This document shows positions 25,437-39,758 of a stretch of 64,000 bases of DNA, piece after piece. Each line of letters begins with the position of its first letter. Position 1 is the first letter of the stretch. The DNA is taken from contig CM119266.1 in assembly GCA_051294375.1 (NCBI GenBank), forward strand, positions 15,924,018 to 15,988,017, read 5' to 3'. The notes beneath the pieces are model-generated. The model did no database searches. It saw nothing but the letters and a program-made list of their open reading frames with translations, and was not told where the DNA came from. Both the position numbers and the translations under genes were made by a program. This stretch comes from Paraspadella gotoi (Eukaryota > Animalia > Chaetognatha).

Positions 25437-26059
25437 TTTCGTTGAAGTTACGTAAGAGAAAAATAAGTCATCATTCAGTTTCGTTGGATGTTCCGTAAAC
25501 AAACTGATTAAAATTAATATATCGATTCGAAAAATAATCCTTTCCGGCTTTCGTAAGGGAATTAACGCACGAATTAGATTTTGAGGAAATAGACAAATTT
25601 AAAAAAAATTACAAATGCAGTTTAGTGAAATTGTTCAAAGTAAATTATAAAGATTTGCTTAAATAAATTTTAAGTAAAAGTAGTTGATATTTATAGTGTT
25701 AGTAATGATATTATGTATATTCAAACTGGAAGACGACGAGAAAACTCTAAATTAATCTAAATTTTAAAAACAATACAGCGAGGGAAAATTGCATAAACAA
25801 AAATATAATGTAAAAAGTAATTCCTAAAATAAAATTTTCACATAAATAATTTTGTATTTTGTGACTCAAATAATCTTAAAAGGAATTAAGTAATTAATGT
25901 TGAATTTAAAAAATATATTTTTCGATGTATGGAATCTAGCTAATAAATTTGAAAGATTTGAAAAATAAATTAAATTTAAATGTTTATTATTTTTTTAATA
26001 ATCACCTTCAAAATTAATCTTCCGCTTGGATTAATGAATCTCATTGACATGACCAGATT

Positions 26060-26104
<45 letters not shown>

Positions 26105-26690
26105 CCCGCAGAATCTGCCGAAGTCATTCCGGTCTCTGACGTAAAAAGGTAAATTGATGTGGCAGGCACCGGTGCAGTCCAGGTGTTGATCCTGGGGAGT
26201 GGGGAAGGAGAAGAGGGAGTCGTGGGAGGAGACTGGGTGGAGCACAGGGAGGATAACGGAGGAGCAAGGAGGTGGAGGGGAAGAAAAAAGGGATAATTAT
26301 ATGATAAAGAGGAAAACGGTTGGGAGGAGTACGTAGTGGAAAGTGAATGAAATCAATAATTAGTTGGGAGGAAAACAAATCTGGAAAGAAGCAACCGTTG
26401 AAATGGGCGGAAAACGGGGGAGGGGGCTTGGGAGAAAAGTGGCGCGAACTTGTTTTTACAACGAAATTCGCTCAAAATATCCCCAGGCTTAAAACAGCAG
26501 GCTGAAACGTAAAAGTACGAATTGGAAAAGCTAAACAACTTTTTTAAAATTTCACCTGCAAAAAAAAAATAATGATAAGCCATAAGGCGGGAAATTTTGG
26601 CGAATGGGGGCGATGATATTAAAGGTTGGTACTAGGTACGTCCCTGCCGCCTTGACTCGTCTGCTCGGAGAGAGATGAGTGGAGTTCGGT

Positions 26691-26758
26691 TGACAAAACT
26701 TCTTTAAAAAGAATTTGGGTGACAAAACTTCTTTAAAAAGAATTTGGGTGACAAAACT
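26691..26758. repeat. 29-bp tandem repeat, about 2.3 copies
   Basis: The unit tgacaaaacttctttaaaaagaatttggg is repeated. Confidence 0.9.
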
Positions 26759-28094
26759 GAGGGGCTGAGGTTTAGAGCGAAAAGTGTTGAATAGGGTGGG
26801 GCGCTGAGTAGTGAGAGGGAGGGTCGAAATAACGACGAGGAAAAACATAAGGTGATCCTAAATGGAATTCCCGCTGAGGCAAAACATCGGAAGAAATTCC
26901 TTCCAACATTTACTTAGGTTTTTTTTTTGTATAAGAGGGAAAAAGCATCGGCAAAAAATATAGAGAATTTTGAAATGTTTGTTTCTCATCGTTCTTTTAT
27001 TTCACGAGCGAAAGTCTCAATTAAAATTTAATGTATAACGAGTAAATTAGAATATAACATAGGTATAGTTATTTTTAGTTGTAAATACTAAATCAATAGT
27101 AATGTCAAAACGAGATATATAATAAGGAACTATCCCAAAGGAAAGGGCGAAAGTGAAAATAGTTCACGAAGAAAAAGATGACCTTCGAAACGACCCTTTC
27201 CTGCCTTCCTAACAATCCCTACCAACAAAAATACAATTAAATTAGAAAAAGTGAGTTTTCTTCGCGAGATATCCAAGATTTCCGCCGCTGGATCGCGGCT
27301 CCGCGTCGAAGCTCGACCCTCGACGTCCCAGCGGGGAGACCAGGATGACTCGCAATTTTCTGACCGAGTTTTCACAATCTAATTTAGCTTTACGTGACCG
27401 ATTTAATTTTGGCTTTTGTCCCTTTCACCGATCAGAGGACGGTGTGAGAGAGAAATTCGGAAAAAGGTGACGGGATGGCTGGACGTACATATTAATGAAA
27501 AGAGAGCTGTAATGACTTGTGGCTCACTCGAATTCGATCTTGCTGGAACATTTCCTTTTAACTCGCCAATATTGTAACGAGCGATACCGTCAATTAGCGC
27601 GAATCGAGGCGCTTTCCCTCTCGGAGAATTGATGAAAAGCAAAGTCGTCGCGAAAAGCCAAGAGCGAGAAAATTTGGGGATCGATAATTCAATAACGAAA
27701 CCTGGATTGGCTCTCGTCCAATCGGAAACCGTCGCGCTATTTTTTTCTTTAGTGGCGACCGCCAGAGTCAAGCTTATTTCTAATTTTTTTCCAAAGATTA
27801 ACTCTTACGATTTCAATTTCAAGCGACTTGAGGTCAGCAGGAAACGCCGTTTGGATTGAAATATCAAGGTTAAACTTAAAAAGTGTTTTAATTCGATAGT
27901 ATCCAGTTAATGTTCGACTAATAAAACACCGACTCGCCTCTCAACGGAGGCCACTGGATTTTTTTTATGTCCGCCTATTGAATGAATAGGGAACGAATGA
28001 ATTCGGGCGGACGGAACGAGGAAAGGAAGCCAGGTTGAAAATTTAATTTGCAGAGGAAAAAAAGGGGAGAGGAAAAGACCGAAGAGAGCGGTGG

Positions 28095-28131
<37 letters not shown>

Positions 28132-28510
28132 CTGTTACAAATTACGCTCCTGTCTACACAGACGCCGCGCCATACCTTCTTCGCCCCACCTATTTTAGTC
28201 GCCCTCCTCTCCTTTCCCGTGTCGAGGGTCAAAACCGAGAGGCGTTTCGTGAAAAGTGAGGTCAAGACTCAGGGGACGGCGGGAAAACCTGCTAATCGGA
28301 CCCCAGGTCAAAGAAAGGGGAGAAAGCTGGGTCGGGAAAGGTCGGGTCAGGTAGGCGTTTGCAATATGAGAGGGAGGCGATTTCAAAAGGTGAAAAAAGG
28401 TAAGTAGTAGGCGGGTTGGGCAACGGAGTTTGAGGTCAAAGGTCACGCCGTGAACGCCCACAGGTCGGGCGAATGTCGTCGAAGAAAAACGAAGAAAAAA
28501 GGAGAAAGAA

Positions 28511-28810
28511 TTAAAAAAAAATATATATATAAATAAATAAATAAATAAAAAATAAAAAATATAAAAAACATAAAAAATAAAAAAAATATAAAAAACTACT
28601 ATAAAAAATACTTTTTAAAATACTATAAAAATACTATAAAAATACTATAAAAAATACTATAAAAAATACTATAAAAAATATAAAAAATTTAAAAATTTAA
28701 AAATTTAAAAATTTAAAAATTTAAAAATTTAAAAATTTAAAAATTTAAAAATTTAAAAATTAAAAATTAAAAATTAAAATTAAAAAATAAAAAAATTAAA
28801 AAATAAGAAA
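28511..28810. repeat. A-rich minisatellite tract (aaaatactat and aaaaattt units)
   Basis: Read directly from the sequence. Confidence 0.9.
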
Positions 28811-29066
28811 GTTACTACGATGACCAAAAAAGGAAAACACAACCAGAAACAAACTAAAAAGAATGCAAACAAACAATCATTTTCAAGTAATTTATTTACG
28901 TAATGACAACTTTGGGAAACCTGAGGCGAGTCAGGGCGGAAATATAAATAAATAATTTCTTGAGTGATTGAGGTTAATTAAGGAAAGACCGCCGTGAATA
29001 GTCGGAAAGTCGAAAAGAAATTGAAAAATTAATTAATCGACAAATGACGGATGGAGAGAGAGACAG

Positions 29067-29116
<50 letters not shown>

Positions 29117-30509
29117 CCGGCTTATTTTCCTCAAAATTTTCGGACCCGATCCTCCCCCTTCCTAAAACACCCTGCAATCCCCCCCTTCCCTTAAATCCGG
29201 TGCCCGGCCGACCGCGAAATTAATTAACGGTTTTTCTGCCTCAAAAAAGTTTTTCTTGTTTCAGGTTCGAGTTTCACCTTTTCGATGCCCGCGGGTGGGA
29301 AATTTTTTCCTTCAGCCTCCGGGCGGCGGATTTGAATGAAGGAAGGTGGGTGTGGATGGGTAGAGTAGAGTAGTTTTTCGATGGTGGTGTCTGTGAAAAT
29401 GAGGTAAAAAAAGATGCGGAAAAAACTTTTTAAAAATCTTATGGGATAAATTCTTGTTGTTGCGGACTTAATTGTGGAAAAAGTTGAAAATATACTTAGG
29501 GTTGTCTCAGACTCCTTTATTTGCTTTTTTTATTGTTTATTTTTTTTTGGGGGGGGTTGTTGTTTTTGCAATGAATTAGGATGTTGTTCGGCAGAACAAG
29601 CGAAAATGTATGATTCTGGTAGCTGAAAAAAATACCTAAAGGTAATTGTGGATGAGATAAAAACATTTTTCGAAGTACCGCATAATAATTTCAAATCGGG
29701 AAAGAAATTACGCTTACCGAATTCGTGCATAACTTTTTAATATTTTTTATTTTAGAATTCATACTAGTATATAAAAAGGTCAATAAATGTTGCAACCTCT
29801 CCTTTCGGGCCACTCAAAACATCATCCGCGGTCCGATCCGATAGGGAAAAATATGGATGTACCGGGAGAAGTGAAGAAGGGGAAATGGATTTTCGTTGGA
29901 GAAAAAGCTGGTGGGCCAGCTATTTCAAATCAATGAATAAGGGACAGAAATCTTACAAAATGAAAGAAGATAAGGTATAATAATAGTATCCCTGTGGTTA
30001 ACGGGGAGTGATAGGCAAAGGACCTCGTAGTAGAGAAAAGAGAAGAGAAGGAAAGATAGCTATCCCACTTTAGGGACGAGAGGAAGAGGGAAGGAAGGGG
30101 CTGGAGTTGATTTTTTCTAAATCGATTCAAGAAAGAGAAGAAGTTTATTCAATGATACTTTTTGTGTTTGCGTGACTCTGAGGTCGGGACGAAAGGAATT
30201 GATTTTCCCCCAAAGAAGAAAGATAAAGAGGGAGCAGAGGGAAGCGGGGAGTGGAGGGATGTTGAACGCTGAAGAAAAAAGTAAAGGGTTGGTGAGCCGA
30301 CGTTATCGAGATTGAGAGGTGGTATTAAATCACTATTGAAATATATTGGCATTGATAATAATGATATTAGGTCATTTTTAATTTCCGCTATTTATTTCCT
30401 CCACAAAGAGGAGCAGCTTTGAATCTTCCGACGTTTGGACACAATTTAAATTCGTGAATTTTCTGATGCATCCTGTCATCCCGACGCCCTTCACCTGCGA
30501 CCAACGCCC

Positions 30510-30612
30510 TCCGCCCGCCTTCCCGCCAGCCCGCCAGCCCACCATCCCGCCAGCCCGCGCAAAGTATAAAATAGGTCAACCCCGTTGAGATAATTTCATC
30601 GCTCATCCATTC
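30510..30612 (+). promoter_or_regulatory. Orphan promoter-like element: clustered CCCGCC boxes, TATAAAA and Inr-like sequence
   Basis: Several cccgcc motifs at 30510-30552, TATAAAA at 30565-30571, and tcatc about 30 nt downstream. No long ORF follows. Confidence 0.35.
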
Positions 30613-31329
30613 GTCGCTACAAACACGAGAAAGAACAACAACGACGACGACAAAATCAAAACAAACGAGAAATTCGAGACGAAAGATGACGACGCCGATC
30701 GTAACACCTACGCGATCGAATCGTGTTTGATCACCTGTGATTATGCGATCGTCGAAAATCTCAATGGGATCTCTGGGTCACGTAAATCTATGTCGAAGAA
30801 AGTCAAACTATGTTTAATCGTTTAAAAGACGAAATAGGCCTGAATTCTACGAGGATGTCTTTGATTTTAGGCCAAGAAAATCGGTTCAAACGCTATCTAG
30901 TTTGCCCTCATTTCAAAGCTACGACTCGTTTTAGATTCAATTCCATTTCTTAATTTTTTTTGTTGTTTTCCTTATCTCCTTATAAACATTTTTTTATAAA
31001 GTTTTTCTCTCCTTATCTCGTTCCTGCGTCGGTCGGTTTTTTCTTCCTCATTATCGTCGTCATTGTCGTCGTCGTCGTCTGAACATCACCGATTCAATAT
31101 ATTTCAATTTTAAAAACCACAAAAAAAGTTTGTTCGGTCGTCATTGTAGACTCGTGCAAATTTAAATTCTAATCGAACGGAAAAAAAAATGTCAAAAGAA
31201 TTGACAGATTCCGGAGTAGAAATTTGTAAACAAAATTCCCGGTTCTTCTATAAAAGTAAACAGAAGGAAATCGACGTCTGTTCAGAAATCGAACGTCACG
31301 ATGTGAAAAGAAAAGAGTCGGAGAGAGAA

Positions 31330-31364
<35 letters not shown>

Positions 31365-32040
31365 CAGAGAGAGAGAGAGTGGCAAAATAACATTGATATT
31401 TTAAAAATAAAAATTGCCAAAAAAATACTATTAAGATTATAGTAGTAAAAATGTAGTTAAATTATATTACAGTGTTTAAACGCCGATGCACACAAAAGTA
31501 ATAAAATAAAATTAACTCGAATAACAATTATTCAATATTTGAGCTCGTAATGTTACAGCTAAGAAAAACATAGTAGAAATACGAAACCAAAAAAAAAAAC
31601 ACAAAAAAAAACTGTTTGTCTGTTGAGTCCCCCTTCCAGGAAAACGTCGAGAAAGTTTACTCGAGAGGTGATCAATGAATTCGGGGATTTTAAGTGGGAA
31701 GGAAAGGGGAGTGGGTCGGTGGTGAGGTCGTGGGGTGGTTGGGTGGTGAGTTGGGAGTGGCGAGGGAGCCGTATGAGGGGAACCGGGTAAAGATTGTGAA
31801 GAGGAAAGGGAGATTAATGGATCGCGAGATTTTCACAAACTGAATGGCAGAGACAAAATCTTGAGGCAGGAGAATTTAATGATTTTAGAACCGCCCGAGG
31901 AGAAAACAATCGACACGTCAAAAAGAGAACCTATTATAACCCCCCAAAAATTCTGAGAGCCACAGTAACAAAAAACATTTACTTCTTCTTCCTCGGAGTC
32001 ATATTGTTCTATTTCTTTACCTGTGTCTGATTTAGTGTTA

Positions 32041-34393
32041 GGCAGTGTCTACGAAATGGCTTTTGTCAAGAAATGAACTGAATCTCCTGATTCCTCAAAT
32101 ATGAATGATGAATTTTTAATTCTTTGGACTATATCACAAATAGTGCCCAACAATCGAGTAAATAAAACCATTCCTTTATAAATTTGATACAGTAAAGTTA
32201 GTTTTTAAGCAATTTTTATCTTCAAAAATCTTATCCATTTTTGTCCATTTCCAGTTTTGGCACTTATTTTCAAGGTGAAGATAGAAAAAGAAAATTTTTT
32301 TACTTTGCTTTTGGGTTTGCCTTCATGTTCTTTCTACTGGGGTAGAAGCATTTTTGTTAATGATTCACCGTTTGTCTGCAATGAATTTTTAAAAATGTTT
32401 AGTCAAAAAATGGCATTTTTTCATTTCATTATTTTAAACTAACTGAACATTATTTAAATTAATTGAAACTAATGCAAAATATTCCCCACATGATAAGCTA
32501 ATTATATCTGTAATATAAAGAAATAAGCTTCATGCGTTTTCTTAAAAAAAATTTTTTAAGATGTCTTTGAATTTGTGATTTTTTGTGATTGTAGTTTATT
32601 TTTAATTTCGACTTTAGATTTATTTGTTTTTATAGTTTTATTAGTTGGACTAGTTATTATTCTTGTTAAATCTTAAAAAACCGCATCATTTTGCGTTATC
32701 TTAAAGCATCAGGAGAATTTTTTAATCTTTTTTTCCGAGTGTCGACAAGATTATTAAGAAAATTATTCCGCAAAATCTGTCGACTTTACTAAATCTGCTA
32801 AGCAACCAAAATTGAAAAAAAAATCGCGAGTTACCGAATTATTTGGAGCATAAACCAAAAAATAAATAATACAGAAAAAAAAGAATAAAAGGAATAAGGA
32901 AAGAGAAAATAGGAGAGAGAAAGTAAGAGAGAGATGTGGATAAGGCGCAACGTGGGCTGAAGATGACTGTCCGTAACTTCTATAACCCCCTCTAGCAGCC
33001 ATGGAACGGGTCCCTGGGCTTGGAACCAGGCTTGAGGGTTTGCCATGCCCCCAAGGCGGCTTACGGCCGTCCTCACGATTCCCGCAGGGTAGGTACCGGG
33101 TTGGGATTGAACCTGGTACCTAGTGGTCATAAGCTGATGGCTTTACTCAATGAGCCACCGGGTCACAACTGAAAGTGTCATGATTCTAGGCGGGGTGAAC
33201 CTAGGCAATGCCCGACTACAGAGAGAGACGTTGTGAAAAAGTTTTATAAAATAAACAAACAATAGACTATAAAAATAAAATGCAAAAAGTTAAAAAATAA
33301 CAACAACAACAAATACGTATTTACATTGGCTGAAAAAGGTCAGCCATAACAAGGTCATTCTGTTTGGATACGAACGGTCATATCTTACTGACCACTACGG
33401 GTCACCAAGTACAAAGACTTCGTCGTCGTCTTCGTTATTATATTCGTTGTCGTCGTCGTCTTTGTTCAAATCATTTGAGCTCCCAAAACGCAATGAAATT
33501 ACCGGAGATGACTATTCAAATTATTATTTAGAGAAAAATAGATTTGAATTGTTTTTCAACAAATTATAATTAGACAATTTGTTAGTCGGACATGTTTTGA
33601 CTCTTTAGTTAGAGTCTTCATCAGCGTTTTGGACAATCAATAAGTTTTTCTTTTAACATTAAGTTAGAGAGAGAGAGAGAGAGAGACAGAGAGAGTTTCT
33701 AAAGACTGTTTCTCAAGTTACCTCAATTTTTCGCTCACAACTTCGTTCATCGATTCGTTTATCAATTATTCATAACTTCGAAATACAAAGACATTTTTCT
33801 ACAGCGTCGTCGGTTGTTAGTGGTGGCATCATTAACGGAAGTGGAGTCCGAGGAGTGGTTCAAATTTAAATGTTGCTATTCTGGCAAACGAATCGTATTT
33901 CTTATTTCTCCTCCCTCCCTTTCTCCTCTTATTTTCCTCTCTCTCTCTCTCTCTCTCTCTCCCTTTCTCTTTTCTGTCGGCGTTCCCGGACCCCAGGCGT
34001 ATCCCCACCCCAGTTAAGTTGGAGGACAGAGAGAGAAAGAAAAAGAAAGAAAGAAAGAGAGAAAGGAGAAGATTAGATTTAAATTTTAAAAAACTACGCT
34101 CCATTTCTTCTCAATTTTTTTAAACCAATAGTTGATGTAGATTTCGTAACTCGATAGTTAAAATAGATTTTTCAACTCAATTAGTTCAAAAACTCTGAAA
34201 GAACTTTTGTCGTAGCGAATTTTGAAGTAATAGAATAAGCAACAGTGCGTTGTGCTTAATGACAGAGAGATAACTATTCCAAATCGATTTTTAAAGTCAA
34301 GAATGACCTAAAGAATCCAACAAGACACAAAAAAGTATTAATTTTTACAGTTAGAAATCAATGGTTTAAGAAAGGCGTTTCGTAGACACTGCC
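32041..34393. mobile_element. Candidate non-autonomous DNA transposon with terminal inverted repeats
   Basis: Perfect 16-bp IRs GGCAGTGTCTACGAAA (32041-32056) and TTTCGTAGACACTGCC (34378-34393), extending to 23 bp with 2 mismatches. GTTA flanks both ends directly. No transposase ORF. Confidence 0.45.
32935..33164 (-). mobile_element. tRNA-derived SINE
   Basis: The minus strand starts GACCCGGTGGCTCATTGAG (A box, 33157-33146) and has GGTTCAATCCC (B box, 33113-33103) at tRNA spacing. The cloverleaf stems are broken, and a GC-richer body of about 160 nt ends in a CT-rich tail. Confidence 0.65.
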
Positions 34394-34683
34394 GTTAACA
34401 GCAGTCGACTCGATAAATCTTGATAAAAGGCAAGCTATTCTCAAACGAATGTAGGTGGGCAAAAAGTAGACTTTCACGTTAATGAATTTGTTTTCGTTCT
34501 CATTTTTTAAAAAAATTTATATTTCTAACGAATTCTTTTTGGATATTAGCTCGTAAATTAAAAGTTCATTTTTTTCCTTTCTGTGGATTTTTTCGAGAGT
34601 TTTACCTCAGAAAAGTTTACAATAGATCAAAACAGTTTATCCTGAGAGAGACGAGTGATGGTCTTCGATTTTGACGCCAACAC

Positions 34684-34729
<46 letters not shown>

Positions 34730-36595
34730 GAAAGAGAGAGAGAGAGAGAGAGAGAATGAAAAATGACGCAATGACGGAGAAGGAAAGGAGGCAGATCAAG
34801 AAAAATAGAGAAAATAAAAAAGGTTCCACTTCTACGCACTCAAAATTGTTAGCGGGAAAATTCAGGTCAAAACTCAGAGGGAAGAGTTTCGAAGGGACAA
34901 TAATGAAGCGCGGGAGAAGATACGACTGGAAGGGGAAACGAAAGGAAAAGAGTGGATGGTGGGAGATATAAAAATGTAAACAAAGATAAAGTAGTCCTTG
35001 GAAAATAGTAAGAGGTAGAAATGTAAATTGATAAAATAAATGGAGAGAAAAAGCATAAAAATAGAAGAGTTTTTGTCTAATTAAACCTCGAGGGCGGCGC
35101 CTTTATTTCTTATCGTGTTTTGCCATCACACGTTACTACTTGACATTGTATATTCCTTATCGAAAAAACTTTTCTTACCTCCCTCTTAATTTTACCACAA
35201 AACATGAATTCTTTTCCTTTTTTTCTTTTTTTTTCCTCATTCATTAAAAGAAAATGAAAGGAAGAAAAAAAATTTCACGACCTGAATTTTTTCGTTCGAG
35301 AAAAAATTTTCAGGTTGGAAGGTTTTAATTTTTTTTTCCTCGTGTCCCCTCTTCTTGGAGTTGTTCCCGCCAACACCTCCCTGCCACACCCTCATTTACT
35401 TTATACGTACACTATCTTGTAAGTTCAAAGTCCCGTTAAAATAAACCTTCCTGATGCTATGGCTTTCATCATTTGGTACCCATTCGGTAGTTTCATCATT
35501 TGGATCTATTATCCCTCTAATAAATGTCACAATACTCTTTAAACTATGAGAGGATTGCTTAAGTACCACACCGTTATCATTTCATTAATCTATTTTGGAA
35601 CACTACTAATTTTTTCACAAGTTTCGCACGAATTCCTCTTAGTTTTTCATTCTATTTTAATTTTATTCTATCCAATTTTCACCGGTCTCACGGTGTCCCC
35701 CTCTCACTCTTCTCTCTTTATCCCCTTCTCACAATTCCCCCATTCTTCCATCATCTCGTATGCGACGTCTACCTTTGAAAACATTCGGAAATTAATGGAG
35801 GCCTTAAATACATCATCAACACCTTTTTTTTATTCCAACGAGAAAAAGAAAGAGGAGGAGGAGGAGGAGGAGGAAGAGGAGGAAGAAGAAATATAGAATG
35901 AGCGGAGAAGCAACAAATGAAAGAAGCTAAGGACGTCTTGATCTCAACGATTTCTTAGATATATTTCGCAAACCTATAATTAAAATATTCCTTTACGATA
36001 CTCAGAAGTATTGGTACAACCAATATAAAAATTATCCATTCTTCTAATAAATAGGCTATCTTGCCACTGACTTTGGACAGGCTTTGGTGGTTTAAGGCCT
36101 CCATCACTCTTACAAGATAATGACATAACAGGTCCCTGCAAGCTTTCAATCAAGACTCTCTCACAGTCTCGTTTATTCAGTCCCAGAGTACCTGGCTTCC
36201 CTATCAATAATCAATGATTAATTATCAATGATCAGTGATATCAATTATTTTTAAAACAAGCTAAAACTGGCTAGAAACAACGGTTACAAATTTGTACTAA
36301 TCCTATGGATTCTTAAAATGACAACTACGTATTTAAAGCGTTCTTCATTAGTGATAATTATAACGCGATTTGACCTCTAAACAGTTCTGATCTAATTTTT
36401 GATAAGTTGTAAAGAGTCAAAATAAAAATATCACGACTCAAAAGGTCATTGCAGCAGCCCTTACGCTTCGCCCCCCCCCTCTAATCCGAAATGAAAAAAA
36501 AATCCAGGTGGAGGATTTCTTCACGAGTTATTCGAATCTTAAACGTTCGAGAATGTTTCGAATCACGGGCCGACGAAACCAGCTGCTACTTGGCG

Positions 36596-36631
<36 letters not shown>

Positions 36632-37369
36632 TCTCTTTTTTTCTCCCTTGATAATTTTTCCAATCCTGTAAACTGAGTCAAATTAATGTAACGAGAGCCA
36701 TGTCCGATCGAGCGATGGTCGATGATGAGTGGACGCTGAGACTCGTTCGAAGTTTACGTTAACATTTCCGTGAAAAAAAAAAGAATTGTTTCGAAACTAG
36801 TTCTTACCATTCTTCTCCTGTCGTTAACCCTCTTGCGTAAACCTTATGAAACATTTTGAAGGTGAATAGTGTGGTTAAAATTGTAAAGTTCAAAAGTTGA
36901 AACTAAATCGGAACCCCTGGGAAGGTTGTGCGGGATCAAGCGGGTGAGGAAACTGTCGATTACGAAATCCAAGAAATCAAAGAAACTTTTGTTTTAAAGA
37001 GAAAATCTTTTTTTACTTTCTCCCGGTTTATGACTGGAAATCATTTTTCATATCCATCTGGCGACTGGGAGGGAGGAATACCTGAACAAAAAATATAAAG
37101 TAAAACAGAGGCGAAGAAATAGTAGAAGGAAAAACGAAAACCAACAAAAATGGAAGAATATAAAGTAAAACGCCCTCTCCTGGAACTAATATTCGCCTCA
37201 AATATATTTTTTCATTTTTACATCCTCTTTGTTCCCGAGTTATACTGAATTTTGTTACTTTTTTTAATAAGATGAAAACAAAAGGTGATGATGGCAAACT
37301 CTTGGAAACAGACCGAAATAATGGAATAATAGTTTAATAAGAAAAATTTAAAAAAACGAAAGTAAAAAG

Positions 37370-37377
37370 AAAGAAAT

Positions 37378-37413
<36 letters not shown>

Positions 37414-37548
37414 AAAGAAAGAAAGAAAAGAAAGAAAGAAAGAAAGAAAGAAAGAAAAGAAAGAAAGAAAGAAAGAAAGAAAGAAATGAATAAATGAATG
37501 AATGAATATGAATGAAATGAATGAATGAATGAATGAATGAATGAATGA

Positions 37549-37626
<78 letters not shown>

Positions 37627-37636
37627 AAGAAAGAAG
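37370..37636. repeat. Compound (GAAA)n/(GAAT)n microsatellite; similar tracts at 39700-39795 and 50100-50200
   Basis: Read directly from the sequence. Confidence 0.95.
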
Positions 37637-39705
37637 AGGTATCAACTATCTCGATTACGGGATCTGAGGTGTAAATCGTTTCAGTATCGAATCATCATCG
37701 TCGAAAGGGAACACGTCGATTCGCCTCCCCCCTCGCCCACCCCCCTCGACTACCCCCCCTCACCTTCCCCCCTCGCCCGCCCCCCTCGCCTACCCCCTCA
37801 CCTCGGCCCGCGATCTCCCTCTCTGACGTTTCTCCCCAAACAATCGGTCAGCCTCAACCCCCCAGCCTCTACTTTCATTTATTTCTAATTTCAATATTAA
37901 ATACAAATCTATTTTTTAAAATTTTGGTTATTTGGTTTTGATTTTCGTCGATTATTAATTACATTCCCAAAATACTTCAGAAATCCTCTAACGACCAACT
38001 CATGAACTCACACCTCACAATCGCATCCTGGAATCTCAGAAGGTAAAACAGATTATCTCAGCCGCCGCCGAGAAAAAGAGAGGGGAAGGCGAAGGAGACA
38101 GGGATGGTCGGTTAACAGGGACTAGGTTTACGAATGAAACAAATGCGGAGGGGGCGAAATACGGCCTTTTTGAAGAAGATATAAAATCGACCAAAAAAAA
38201 CAAAAGCGGCGTCTTTATTCATTTGCTCACTGGTCAGTTATCTTTGTAAGCGGAAGAGAAATTTGAAAGGTGAAAGATTCAGTGCGGGGGTAAAAAGAAG
38301 GAATAAATAAACCACCCAAAAAAAAAGCATGTACGTAAATATTTTTTCTTTTTTGTTTTAAAACATTCGGAAAACAAAAACGTAACTCTAGAGACCGAAA
38401 TTCAGGAAGATGTTTAAAGTTTTTTTTCCCCCTTTTTTTTTTATTTTCAACAAAGAGCGATTAGAGGAATCGCGTTTCAAAAATGAAGGCAAATATAGAA
38501 CACGTGTATCCCACTCGAGGATAAAAAAAAAAACGCGGTTGCCGATTGGATGTCGGAGCTATATACATGACTATTGACCAATGATTATGATTATTAAATT
38601 TCACACAAAAACTGCCCTGTATAAGAATTAGTAGATATACTATTTAATCATCGGATATAAGTCTCTCTCCGGAAGAAGCTCTGAACCGTAGAGATTATGA
38701 AATATTAAAAAAACGTCATCTCATCAAAGGATTATTAGTAGTAAAGAAAAAATTGTCACGGATGAACTATAGTAGATCTTCTTCCCCGAACAATTAGGTT
38801 TAGTCTTCGAAACTTCGTCGCACGAAATCCACTTTGACTTTTTCGTCGTAATTATCGTCGTCGCCGCCGTCGACATCTTTCTCCTCTTCGATTTTATTTC
38901 CCGCATTTGAAAAGTCTGATATAAAGTTCAAATACTAAGTAGGATATTTTTCGAAATGAACGTTATTTGAATGGGAACTTTTTAGCCCCAGCTCCTGACC
39001 GGACCGACGCGAATCAATGTGGTCATCCCTCCTTCCCCATACTCCATTTAATCTCCTGTCGATAAATCAAAGGGCCTCGTTGATTCGGAAAAGAGCTCGC
39101 CACACGAAGATTCCCTGACCTCGCGCCATCAAGGCCAAAATATTTCCTGTTTTTAAATTCTTTTTAACTTACCTCTATAACATTCCTCCCGTCCGTAGTG
39201 CAGCTTCCCTCTCACCTTTTCAACGTCTAACTCACCTTCGCCCCATCAACGTCTGATTGGGCAATCTCTTCCCGAGATTCCTGACCCTGAAAAAAGAGAG
39301 ACGCTTCATCGTCGCCCTACCCGCGATCCACCCCATTCAGTTAAAGGCGAAACTTTCCTCACCCACTCTCGATAAACGATATCAAGAATGAGGCCATTAG
39401 CGCGATCACCACGCCATCTCAGACTCGCGTTCAACGTGAAATCGCGTTGGCGGCGACGGTGACGACGACGACGAAAACGACGACGACGACGATTACGGGG
39501 CAGGTAAATGCTCCGAGACTCGACGGCGGCTGATTTTATGCAAAGTAGTTAACGGGATAGGGGGTGGGGGTGGAGAACGATAAGGAGATAGTTCACAAAA
39601 CGTAAAAAAGGAGTAAAAGAACTCTTGAAGCTGAACAGGCAAAAGGGAGCAGAGGTAAAAAAATAAAATAAAGAAAAAAAAAGTAGGAAATTAAAAAAGA
39701 AAGAG

Positions 39706-39758
<53 letters not shown>

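Noticed and set aside
26691-26758. CRISPR-like 29-bp repeat
   Set aside because: The copies are head-to-tail with no spacers, in a eukaryotic context with no cas genes.
33090-33164. tRNA gene
   Set aside because: A and B boxes are present, but the acceptor and anticodon stems do not pair and a SINE-like body follows.
35955-36207. GIY-YIG / Penelope endonuclease fragment suggested by FYIGCT
   Set aside because: No upstream GIY/VY motif, no downstream R..EH motif and no adjacent RT; too short to support.
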